From Patescibacteria group bacterium (GTDB lineage Bacteria; Patescibacteriota; Patescibacteriia; UBA1558; GWA2-36-10), in NCBI GenBank assembly GCA_041650755.1, contig JBAZKN010000002.1, positions 5,030 to 69,029 on the forward strand: DNA of 64,000 bases, given 5' to 3'. The translations under genes were made by a program, and so were the position numbers. This document shows, in pieces, positions 8,878-17,157 of this stretch (the first letter of the stretch is position 1; the number at the start of each line of letters is the position of its first letter). A model generated the notes under the pieces. It saw only the letters and a list, made by a program, of their open reading frames with translations. It did not search any database and was not told where the DNA came from.

Positions 8878-9210
8878 ATGAAGAAGAAGTCTGCTTTGCT
8901 TGCCATGACCACGGATCACCCCGAATGGGGCAAGTTCATGGCCCGCCTGCATGGTCCAAGGGGGTGCAATGCTCGTCAGAAGAAGGGCGTGGGGACCATC
9001 TACACCTGTGGGCATGAGTCTGATCGTCCTCGCATCAGGGCAATTCTCCAGGAGATGGGGGATGTCGATATCCCTCATACGATGGGGTGCTTCACGAAGC
9101 GGGGCCTCATGTGCGACTGCGCGGTCGCCCGCAGCGGCATCGCGCCCGCGCCGAAGCGGGTGCTGCCAGAGCAGCGTTCGTGGTGGGAGATCATGATGTC
9201 GCGACCGTAG
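8878..9210 (+). CDS. Cys/His-rich protein, DUF2695-like, GC-rich cassette
   Basis: AAGGAGG SD; CGH...GLMCDCAV motif; promoter TTGACA 8768 -17- TAAAGT; terminator about 9223-9268. Confidence 0.6.
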   Translation: MKKKSALLAMTTDHPEWGKFMARLHGPRGCNARQKKGVGTIYTCGHESDRPRIRAILQEMGDVDIPHTMGCFTKRGLMCDCAVARSGIAPAPKRVLPEQRSWWEIMMSRP

Positions 9211-9312
9211 GCTTGCCTTTAGCCGTCCACTGGGACCCTTCGAGGGTTCTGTGGGCGGTGTTTTTTTATTTTTCAATTATTTTTTTCTTGCCACCTTTTT
9301 ACCCTTCAACTC

Positions 9313-9356
9313 CCCCTCGACTTGGTTCGACTACGCTCACCACAAGTCGCTCGGGG
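9313..9356. repeat. nested REP-like hairpin
   Basis: cccctcgactt[ggttcgactacgctcacc]acaagtcgctcgggg: one unit inside another. Confidence 0.65.
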
Positions 9357-9527
9357 TCAGACAACACGGTTTTTTAACGTGGCTAGTCGCTGCCAAATTT
9401 TAAGTTTTTCTAAGGGCGGGGTCGTTTGATTTATTTTTTAATCAAATTTTCTAAGTATAATTATTATAGAAAACATCCTGAGAGGGGGCGGGGATGCGTC
9501 GGGTGCATCCCCGAGAAGACTGGTGAT

Positions 9528-9713
9528 TCAGTACTTGCGATAAGGGTGCTCAGGCCCAGGGCCGCCGTGCTTGATCGGCTCGCCGTTCATTGGCCAGCGG
9601 CATCGTGGGCACTTGCGGAATGGAGGAGGATTGTTCACATCCTCGTGGCTGGTGTCGGTGTATAGACATCCAACGTTAGAGCACGCCCAAGTGTAATTTG
9701 GCGGAGGGAACAT
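9528..9713 (-). CDS. 61-aa zinc-ribbon-like protein, GC-rich cassette
   Basis: CSNVGC...CPRC; AAAGGAG SD upstream; flanked by inverted repeats. Confidence 0.6.
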   Translation of the reverse strand: MFPPPNYTWACSNVGCLYTDTSHEDVNNPPPFRKCPRCRWPMNGEPIKHGGPGPEHPYRKY

Positions 9714-9865
9714 GGTCTTTCTCCTTTGGGGGATGTGGTTCTTTGGCCTCTTCTCAAGATGTTTTAAAGAGCGAGATTATGTAATTAATTTTATTTATTT
9801 TGTAATATAAATGGGAAATGTATTTCACTACACTAAACCCCTACCTTTTTGGCAGGGGTTTATAA

Positions 9866-12814
9866 TTATTTCATATCACATGCCCCTTTGAATCCACACT
9901 GCTTTGAACATTCCGTGCAACCGCCCATTTTGACCATAATGCCTTGCTTGCAGTTGGGGCAGATTTTACCGACCTCTGTGCCATAGCGATCATCTAGCTC
10001 TTCTTGCAGTACTTCTTTGGCAATTTCCAAGTGCTTTAAGGGGTTTTGGATTTCCGGCATTTCTACCGTATCTGGCGTGGGGGCAATGGCCACCTTAAGA
10101 GTTTTCTGCTCGGTTTCTTTTTTGCCGTTGTAAGCCAGATTTTTCTTTTCGGTTTCTTTATCTAGAGACAATACCTGTTCTTGCCGGCTGGCATCACGAT
10201 AAATAGTCACACCTTTACAACCTAGCTCGTAAGCTTGTTCATAGAGAACAGTAGTTTGTTCGACGCTGAAGTCAGCTGGAGCATTAGCCGTTTTGCTGAT
10301 AGAAGAGTCTGTCCAGCGTTGGACAGCTGCCTGCACCTTGATGTGATCGAGAGGAGACAGGTCCATGGCTGATACAAAGAAATCAGGCAGGTGACCATTG
10401 TGTTTGTAGAGATCAGCTAGCGGTATATAGACTTCGTGAAAACCAAGTCTGGATTGGCGGTAAAATTTGAAAGCATAATATGGCTCGATGCCGGTAGACG
10501 TCCCCAACATTGATCCGACTGTGCCGGTTGGCGCTTGCGTAGTCAGCGTGACATTGCGCAGGCCCTGCTCGCGGATCATGCCTCTCACATCTTCGGGCAA
10601 AGTTTTGACAAATCCGGTTTCTAAGAATTTTTCTGATTCAAACTTCGGGAATGAGCCTTTTTCTTTGGCCAGCCGAGATGATTCACGGTACATCTCGATT
10701 GTAATAGTCTGGAAAAGGCGGTCAATAAGTGGGGCTGCTTCACTGGAGCCATATTTGAGGCGCAGTTTTATTAATAATTCGCCCAAGCCCAAAGTGCCGC
10801 CACCGATGCGGCGCTCATTTTTTTGATTCAGCTCATTTTCTTTGAAGTGATAGGGCGTAAGGTCAATGACATTATCCAAAAATCTGGTCAAAACTCTGGC
10901 AGATTTTTTCAGGCCCTCCCAATCAAGCTCATACAATGGCCCTAGTTCGTCTTCACCCACCTGTCTGGCAAAAGAAGCCAAGTAAAGATGTCCTAAGTTG
11001 CAGACGCCCCAGGGCGGTAAGCCTTGCTCGCCGCAGGGATTGGTGGACACTAGCTTGTTGTAGTAGCTGGAATTGCTCAGTTTGTTGTAGCGCTCCATAA
11101 ATACTACGCCCGGTTCAGCACTGGCATGGGCCGAAGCAATGATTTTGTTCCATAGATCCCGCGCCTTGATGGTCTTGTATATTTTTACCGGATAGCCGGC
11201 GGCTTTCCAGGCATGCAGGTCGCCATCCCAGATATTGTCATAGATATCTTTATAGGCCGGGTTTTCATAGTCGGGGAACTCCAGATTCCAATATTCGTCA
11301 TTTTTGACGGCCTTCATAAAGGCATCAGATACCATGACGGAAATATTAGCATTTTCTATTTGGCCGGCTTTGGTTTTGGAGCTGATAAATTCTAAAATAT
11401 CCGGATGCCAGTCCCATTGCATCAGCATCAGGGCTCCTCGGCGCGAACCGCCTTGTTCTATCAGCCCGGTAGCATAAGAAAATAATCCCCCCCAAGAAAC
11501 AGAGCCAGAAGATTTGCCGTGCACGCCTTTGACGTAGGCATATCTGGGGCGCAAGGCAGATAGCGACATGCCCACGCCGCCACCGCGAGAAAAAACTTCG
11601 GTCATATGATAGAGCGTGTCAGCAATGATGGCTTTGCGGGAGTCGCGCGGTCCGGGCAAGACATAGCAATTGAATAGTGTCAGGTTGGAGGTGTAGTTGC
11701 CGTGGGTGTCGACGTTGGCGCCGGTCATGATGCGGCCGCCTGGCTGGATATGCTTGTCGTGCAATTCTTCAAAAAATATTTCAAAATATTTTTCTTTATT
11801 TTCCGGGCTAGTTTCCACTGAAGCCACAGCCTTGGCAATCCGGCGGTGAGCATCCTCTATGGATTCTCGCGGCTTGTCGCATTTATATAGGTCTTGCTCA
11901 AATTCAAAATTATTGGCCGGATCAGCAAAAGCGCCAGTCAGCATATGCAGGATAGTTTTGTCATCGGGCAAAATGTGCTTGATGATGCCCAAGTCTTTTT
12001 TGGGATATTTGCGGTCTTCTTTGGAGATGACAATTACCAGATCACCTAGCTCTATATCCTCCCTTTTATCTTTGATAGAGTAGCGATCAAGAAAAATGAT
12101 CCGACCCAGCTCATCAAAGCCAACAGAGTTATTTAGAATATGCTTAGCCTGCTTGCTGAGATTGATGCCTTTGGCCTCCAGAGCCTTTACTTCCGGCGAA
12201 GTGACTTCCTTACCCAGTTCGAGGCGGATTTTTTTGCGCTGTTCGCGGTAGAGGATAAAGGCTTTGGCGGTTTTGGCCCAATTTGACTGGATCAAGATGA
12301 TTTCTATGATATCTTGGATTTGTTCGACGTTTGGTATGGTGTGGCCGTCATACTTATGCTCTAGTATGGAGATGGTAATATCCGCCAGTTTTTTGGCTTC
12401 CAGCTCATCAAACTCCTGGGTAGCATTGCCGGCCTTAAGAATCGCCATAAAGACCTTGTTTTTATCAAAGTCAACAATGGTGCCGTCCCGTTTGCGTATT
12501 TTAGTGATATTAGAAAAAATTTTTTGCTGGGCGTCAGCCTTAGCATTTCTAGTTTTAAAGTAAGCCTTGGCTACTTGGGGCAGATTGTTTTCCAATAATA
12601 CTATATTTACAGCACTGCGGATGTCGTCGCTGGTAATCAATTCTTCGTCTGAATAGATATTTTCGATATATTTGACCACTTGTTGGGCGAATTTATCAGT
12701 TAAAGGGTTGTCTTGCAGGCCGGCACTCAAAAGGGCGCCTTTTAGAGAAGCGGCGATTTTGTCTTGGTCAAAATCTTCGGTGTTACCGGAGCGTTTTTTC
12801 ACTTGGCGAGCCAT
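9866..12814 (-). CDS. nrdJ: class II (adenosylcobalamin-dependent) ribonucleotide reductase with two ATP cones
   Basis: Two cones (VKKRSG, IRKRDG), PGGR, NCYV, GGGVG, RRGA, TNPCGEQ, CNLG, APTGT, KGVTIYRD, C-terminal Cys pairs; start placed at MARQ, downstream of NrdR boxes. Confidence 0.92.
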   Translation of the reverse strand: MARQVKKRSGNTEDFDQDKIAASLKGALLSAGLQDNPLTDKFAQQVVKYIENIYSDEELITSDDIRSAVNIVLLENNLPQVAKAYFKTRNAKADAQQKIFSNITKIRKRDGTIVDFDKNKVFMAILKAGNATQEFDELEAKKLADITISILEHKYDGHTIPNVEQIQDIIEIILIQSNWAKTAKAFILYREQRKKIRLELGKEVTSPEVKALEAKGINLSKQAKHILNNSVGFDELGRIIFLDRYSIKDKREDIELGDLVIVISKEDRKYPKKDLGIIKHILPDDKTILHMLTGAFADPANNFEFEQDLYKCDKPRESIEDAHRRIAKAVASVETSPENKEKYFEIFFEELHDKHIQPGGRIMTGANVDTHGNYTSNLTLFNCYVLPGPRDSRKAIIADTLYHMTEVFSRGGGVGMSLSALRPRYAYVKGVHGKSSGSVSWGGLFSYATGLIEQGGSRRGALMLMQWDWHPDILEFISSKTKAGQIENANISVMVSDAFMKAVKNDEYWNLEFPDYENPAYKDIYDNIWDGDLHAWKAAGYPVKIYKTIKARDLWNKIIASAHASAEPGVVFMERYNKLSNSSYYNKLVSTNPCGEQGLPPWGVCNLGHLYLASFARQVGEDELGPLYELDWEGLKKSARVLTRFLDNVIDLTPYHFKENELNQKNERRIGGGTLGLGELLIKLRLKYGSSEAAPLIDRLFQTITIEMYRESSRLAKEKGSFPKFESEKFLETGFVKTLPEDVRGMIREQGLRNVTLTTQAPTGTVGSMLGTSTGIEPYYAFKFYRQSRLGFHEVYIPLADLYKHNGHLPDFFVSAMDLSPLDHIKVQAAVQRWTDSSISKTANAPADFSVEQTTVLYEQAYELGCKGVTIYRDASRQEQVLSLDKETEKKNLAYNGKKETEQKTLKVAIAPTPDTVEMPEIQNPLKHLEIAKEVLQEELDDRYGTEVGKICPNCKQGIMVKMGGCTECSKQCGFKGACDMK

Positions 12815-12894
12815 AAATTTGCTTTTATTTAAGGATTTTTTATTAGTTTTATTGGCCGATAAAAAAATGGCCAAAGGACATTTTACGCTGTAAA

Positions 12895-12942
12895 ACACAA
12901 CATATTGTGTTCAAAATCATTATAGCATACAAGATATAGGTT
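12895..12942 (-). promoter_or_regulatory. tandem NrdR boxes
   Basis: ACACAACATATTGTGT (12895-12910) and ATACAAGATATAGGTT (12927-12942), 32 bp apart, match acaCwAtATaTwGtgt. Confidence 0.85.
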
Positions 12943-13183
12943 TAGCAATTTTGTTAGTTTGTGGCTATTTTTAGCCAAAATATTATAACCCAAAGATTTT
13001 AAAAATCCAAGCTGTGCATAACTTGCCCTCCTTTGCGGGAAAACAGGGATTAAATTATTAGAAAATGGGCAAAGGAGGGCACCCCGCGGAGCTTCAGCGG
13101 AGCGGGGTTTGCTCCAAGACGGCAAAGTCTTACTAAAGTTGGCAAAAATTTACCTTTCTGCTATTATTGCTTTAACTATACAT

Positions 13184-13399
13184 ATGGCCAGTATTTTTAA
13201 GAAAAAGAAGAATTATAGAAAAGAAGGCCCAAAAAATAGGCCTCGCCTTGAGCGGCATAGACCGCGCACCTCTGATAAGGACCTGGTTGACCCGGTTGCT
13301 TATTGCGGAGATTTGGATTTGGGTAAATATCCTGTTTTGCCGCCCACCAAAAAAGAAGAACAGGAGTTTGACGTAGAAAATCCATTGAATAAGAGATAA
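13184..13399 (+). CDS. small basic hypothetical protein
   Basis: 71-aa ORF divergent from nrdJ, followed by a hairpin. Confidence 0.5.
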   Translation: MASIFKKKKNYRKEGPKNRPRLERHRPRTSDKDLVDPVAYCGDLDLGKYPVLPPTKKEEQEFDVENPLNKR

Positions 13400-13442
13400 A
13401 TATAAAAAACGCGCTAGTTTTTCATTGAATCGGCGCGTTTTT

Positions 13443-14801
13443 TTAATTTAAAACAATACTTTCCTTTATTTTTATAGCCTGGACCGCAAAACCCAGATCT
13501 TTTTGGATTTTGTCAGCCAAAATTTGAGTTGCAGTCGGATCACCATGCACCAAAAACACCTTTGGTTTATTTTTAAAAGCTTCCAGCCACTTTAGTAGGC
13601 CAGCTTGATCAGCGTGGGCTGAAAAACCATCGATTTTTTCTACCCCGGCCCGGATTGGTATTTTGTGCCCGCCGTAGCGGAAATCAAAAGCGCCATTAAC
13701 GAGAGCATGGCCTAGGGTGCCAGGCACTTGATAGCCCATAAACAGAATGTGATTTTTTTCTTGGCTGGCATAAACAGCCAGATGGTGGATGATGCGGCCG
13801 CCATCGGCCATACCAGCTCCGGCCAAGATGATTTTCGGAGCAGGAGCCAGATTTATTTGTTTTGACTGGGCGGCAGTGTTGGTGATCTTGAGATGCGGAA
13901 AACTAAAGATATCATGATCATGCTCTAAGGCGCCTTGGGCGGCTACGTTTAAATCCTGGACATTTTGTTTGTATATCTTGGTAGCTTCATAGGCCATAGG
14001 ACTGTCCAAATATACCGGCACTCTAAAGTCCAGATGTTTTTCATAATAATCATTGAGGACTTTTAGGATATCTTGAGCACGCTCAATAGCAAAGACAGCA
14101 ATAATCAAAGTAGAGCTATGGCGGGTGACTCTTTGCACAGCTTCTAGGAGTTTGGCGTTGCGATTTTTGATCTGTTCATGCAGCCGGTCGCCATAAGTGC
14201 TTTCCATGATGACAAAGTCAGCTTTAGATAAATATTCAATATTTTTCACCAAAGGCATATTTTCTCCGCCAATGTCACCGGTGAAAACAATAGTTTTTGG
14301 TCCGGCTTTTATTTCCACCAGGCTGGCGCCCAAAATATGGCCAGAATTGTAGAGGGTAAAACTTAATTCAGAATTCAGCTGATTATTTTTGTGGTAGTTT
14401 ACTAGAGTCCAGTGCTTATTCAATTCGTCTAAATCAGTTTGAGCATATAGCCAGCTCAGAGAATGCTCAGCCACCCTTTCCTGCATTACTTTGAAGCTGT
14501 CGGCTAGGATAATGTCAGCTAGCTGCCGGGTTGCTTTGGTAGCAAATACAGGCCCGCGGAAGCCTCTTTTAAAAAGCAGGGGCAATCGGCCGCAGTGGTC
14601 AAGATGGGCGTGGGTCAAAATCACAGCATCAATGCTTTTGGCATCAAAATCAAATTCCGACCAATTTTTCAGATAATTTTCATCACCGCCTTGCCAAAAG
14701 CCGCAATCAATTAAAACCCTAAAATCGTCCACTTTGAGCAAGTGGCAGGAGCCGGTGACTTCTTGCGTGGCACCATAGGATGTTAGGGTGATTTTTGGCA
14801 T
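13443..14801 (-). CDS. MBL-fold beta-CASP ribonuclease
   Basis: VTGSC, THAHLDHCG, GHILG, GD, ESTYG, FSAHAD, LVHG. Confidence 0.9.
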   Translation of the reverse strand: MPKITLTSYGATQEVTGSCHLLKVDDFRVLIDCGFWQGGDENYLKNWSEFDFDAKSIDAVILTHAHLDHCGRLPLLFKRGFRGPVFATKATRQLADIILADSFKVMQERVAEHSLSWLYAQTDLDELNKHWTLVNYHKNNQLNSELSFTLYNSGHILGASLVEIKAGPKTIVFTGDIGGENMPLVKNIEYLSKADFVIMESTYGDRLHEQIKNRNAKLLEAVQRVTRHSSTLIIAVFAIERAQDILKVLNDYYEKHLDFRVPVYLDSPMAYEATKIYKQNVQDLNVAAQGALEHDHDIFSFPHLKITNTAAQSKQINLAPAPKIILAGAGMADGGRIIHHLAVYASQEKNHILFMGYQVPGTLGHALVNGAFDFRYGGHKIPIRAGVEKIDGFSAHADQAGLLKWLEAFKNKPKVFLVHGDPTATQILADKIQKDLGFAVQAIKIKESIVLN

Positions 14802-14802
14802 T

Positions 14803-15465
14803 TTATCCGCAATTTATGCAGTCATAGCTTTGCAATTCTTGATAAAATGGTTTTAATTTCAAAATATCAATAACCTTTACCGTATTTTTCAATTGCCACT
14901 GTTTGCAACTGGCATTGGCGGTATTCTTTTGGATGCACTGAAAACCAATTTGCTTAAATGTCGTTTGCAGATCGGTAGACGGATTATTATTCAATGATAT
15001 ATTCGCTCCGAGCGTATAATTTTCTCCACTAACGCCGAAGATTTTACTTAGGCGATCGGCGTCACCACAGTCGGAAGCAGTGAATAGTTCTCCTAGATGC
15101 CTCAGGGATTCATACTTTGTGTCTATTGGGTATATGTTGTAGCCAGCTTCTGTTGGCGTTGGCGCGGCAGTGCATAAGTTATTTATTGTTTGGTTTTTTT
15201 CTAATTCAGTTAATTTATTTTCATTCTCCGATAATTTGTTTGTTAGTTTTGTAATTTGATTTTCCGCAGCATTAAGCTTGTTTTGCATTTCAGTGCGTAT
15301 TTTTTCTTCATTAGCTTTGATTAATTTCCTGGCTTCCATATTTTGCCAATAATATACTCCACCACCAACCAGCAGAGCAACGATGATGGCAATCAATACT
15401 ATTGGACCAGAAGAGCTACTTTTTGGCGGCGTGGAACTTACATAAATAGGTTTTTTGTCGGGCAT
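14803..15465 (-). CDS. membrane-anchored coiled-coil hypothetical protein
   Basis: TM segment with GGGVYYWQ, coiled coil, Cys-containing C-terminal domain. Confidence 0.65.
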   Translation of the reverse strand: MPDKKPIYVSSTPPKSSSSGPIVLIAIIVALLVGGGVYYWQNMEARKLIKANEEKIRTEMQNKLNAAENQITKLTNKLSENENKLTELEKNQTINNLCTAAPTPTEAGYNIYPIDTKYESLRHLGELFTASDCGDADRLSKIFGVSGENYTLGANISLNNNPSTDLQTTFKQIGFQCIQKNTANASCKQWQLKNTVKVIDILKLKPFYQELQSYDCINCG

Positions 15466-15470
15466 AGTTT

Positions 15471-16052
15471 TTATTTTTTTAAAAATGGGTTAGGCATATT
15501 AAATATTATTTTTGGTGTGTGATTATTTATTCTATCCAGAGATATTTTGTATTTTTTGGCGTAGATGATGTCGGCAGCACCAAAAATAGCTTTTTTGTAA
15601 TCCAAACTAAGCCGCCGGCAAATATTTTTGACCTTTTTTTCTGAACAATCTTCGATTTCTAGATATGGGTCTAGGAAGGGCCAATGGTCGATTGTTATTT
15701 CGGCGCCATTTAGTTTCCACAATTCCCGCCAGTTTTCTTGATAGGCTTTTTGTTCGCAGCCCAAGCACAGTAATAATTGTCTAGCTGTTTCCAGGTTGTC
15801 TATTTTTAAGCAAATTTCTTTTTGGTCGGTGATTTTTGAGCCGCGGACCACTTTTAGACTCATGGTAATTTTGTCTTTTTCCTGGCGCAGTCTTAGCCAT
15901 GATCCTTTTTTGTTTTTAGGTAAATTAAAAATGTACCGTTTTTGCAAAAAAGAGGAGTAGATTTTTTTGGCGCCAATTTTTTTAAGTTGTCTTCGGATTG
16001 CCGAGACATTAATATCCAAAAAAGTGGCCTCGTATTCTATGGGTAAACGCAT
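15471..16052 (-). CDS. CYTH-domain protein
   Basis: EYE, WLRLR, K, RE.W, ID.WP, YLEIE motifs. Confidence 0.85.
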   Translation of the reverse strand: MRLPIEYEATFLDINVSAIRRQLKKIGAKKIYSSFLQKRYIFNLPKNKKGSWLRLRQEKDKITMSLKVVRGSKITDQKEICLKIDNLETARQLLLCLGCEQKAYQENWRELWKLNGAEITIDHWPFLDPYLEIEDCSEKKVKNICRRLSLDYKKAIFGAADIIYAKKYKISLDRINNHTPKIIFNMPNPFLKK

Positions 16053-16095
16053 ATAGGCAATTATACCATATTTTTTTGTGTTTAGGGGGCGTGTA

Positions 16096-16124
16096 TTGAC
16101 AATTTTATTATATTTTGCTATAAT
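16096..16124 (+). promoter_or_regulatory. consensus sigma70 promoter
   Basis: TTGACA-17 nt-TATAAT with extended TG. Confidence 0.8.
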
Positions 16125-16248
16125 ATTTTGATACAGTCAAAAGTTGGCCTTTGTGAAACAGGCCCTAGACTGTTACTTTGAACCTTCAATTATTCTCCCA
16201 AGTACTATGCTATAACAAAACGCCTAACGGCAGGCAAAAGGAGGCCTC

Positions 16249-16968
16249 ATGGACAAAGCGTTGTTGGAACAGGTGGCCGGGCGACTAGACGAGAAAGTCG
16301 CCGTGGCCCAACTACTGGTGGTGCACATGCTCGCTTCTGACCCTCCTTCATCCGAGGTTGATATGCTGGCCATTCACGGACTCTCGGCCGGCATGTACCA
16401 GAGCGGGAATCTCCTGGAGTGCGCTGCCGAGCTCTGGCGTTCAGGGCTTGCCAGCCACATGGCAGTGGTCGGCGGTGACGGCAGTCCGACGGGCCAGTCG
16501 GCTCCGGGAGCATCCTGGGTCGGGTCCAGCTTTCTGATCGAAGAGCTGGCCAAGCGCGAAGTCCCCCAAGACCAGATCATCGTGATGGATCCCATCACCC
16601 ACACCAAGGAGGAGGCTTACGCCATCGTCCGGGCGGCCATGAAGCACGGGTACCGGAGCGTGATGAGCGTAACGGTGCCTTACCATGGCCCCAGAGTGCT
16701 CTCCTGCCTGGTCGCGGTGATGAAAGAGTTGGGCTACTGGATCGAGTGGCACATGATGGTGCCGCCCAAGGTCAACTGGACCCTGGAGATGGTCGCTTCC
16801 CAGGGCAAGGGCACGACCAACTCCCTGTTCGCGGCCATGGACGATGCCGCCAAGGTCCAGAAGTACGTGGACAACAGTTTCGGTGCTTCCTACCCGGAGG
16901 TGATCTACTACCTGCTCAATCGTGCTCGGATCGTCGAGCACCAGCAGTGGGATTTCCCTGGGGCGTAA
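16249..16968 (+). CDS. YdcF/ElyC/SanA (DUF218)-like protein, GC-rich cassette
   Basis: VVGG, HTKEEA, VT.PYH.PR motifs; AAAGGAGG SD; terminator about 16992-17034. Confidence 0.7.
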   Translation: MDKALLEQVAGRLDEKVAVAQLLVVHMLASDPPSSEVDMLAIHGLSAGMYQSGNLLECAAELWRSGLASHMAVVGGDGSPTGQSAPGASWVGSSFLIEELAKREVPQDQIIVMDPITHTKEEAYAIVRAAMKHGYRSVMSVTVPYHGPRVLSCLVAVMKELGYWIEWHMMVPPKVNWTLEMVASQGKGTTNSLFAAMDDAAKVQKYVDNSFGASYPEVIYYLLNRARIVEHQQWDFPGA

Positions 16969-17070
16969 CCCAGCAGATGAGCATAGAGCCGGCCGCGTCG
17001 TCGTTTATCAAGCGATGGCGCGGCTTTTATTTTTATATGAGTAATACCATTTTTTTAGGGTCTATGATAG

Positions 17071-17136
17071 AATTTACCCTGTTAAATAACTCCGCTTAGC
17101 GGAGTTGCCGCGCGGCGGCATTTAACAGGGTAAATT
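17071..17136. repeat. three-way-junction palindromic element, copy 1
   Basis: AATTTACCCTGTTAAAT...ATTTAACAGGGTAAATT enclosing two hairpins; second copy at 59226. Confidence 0.75.
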
Positions 17137-17157
17137 TGTAAGATTAATAAAGTATTT

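Noticed and set aside
11850-12080. Insertion in NrdJ as a possible intein
   Set aside because: No C/S...HN splice motifs; resembles the small beta-domain insert I recall from Bacillota NrdJ
12815-12898. 28-aa N-terminal extension of NrdJ in the ORF track
   Set aside because: Overlaps the NrdR box and promoter; the ATP cone begins at the Met at 12814
17071-17136. Integron attC site
   Set aside because: GTTAAAT and ATTTAAC are in the reverse order to attC (RYYYAAC...GTTRRRY), there is no array, and the recombinase lacks the IntI insertion
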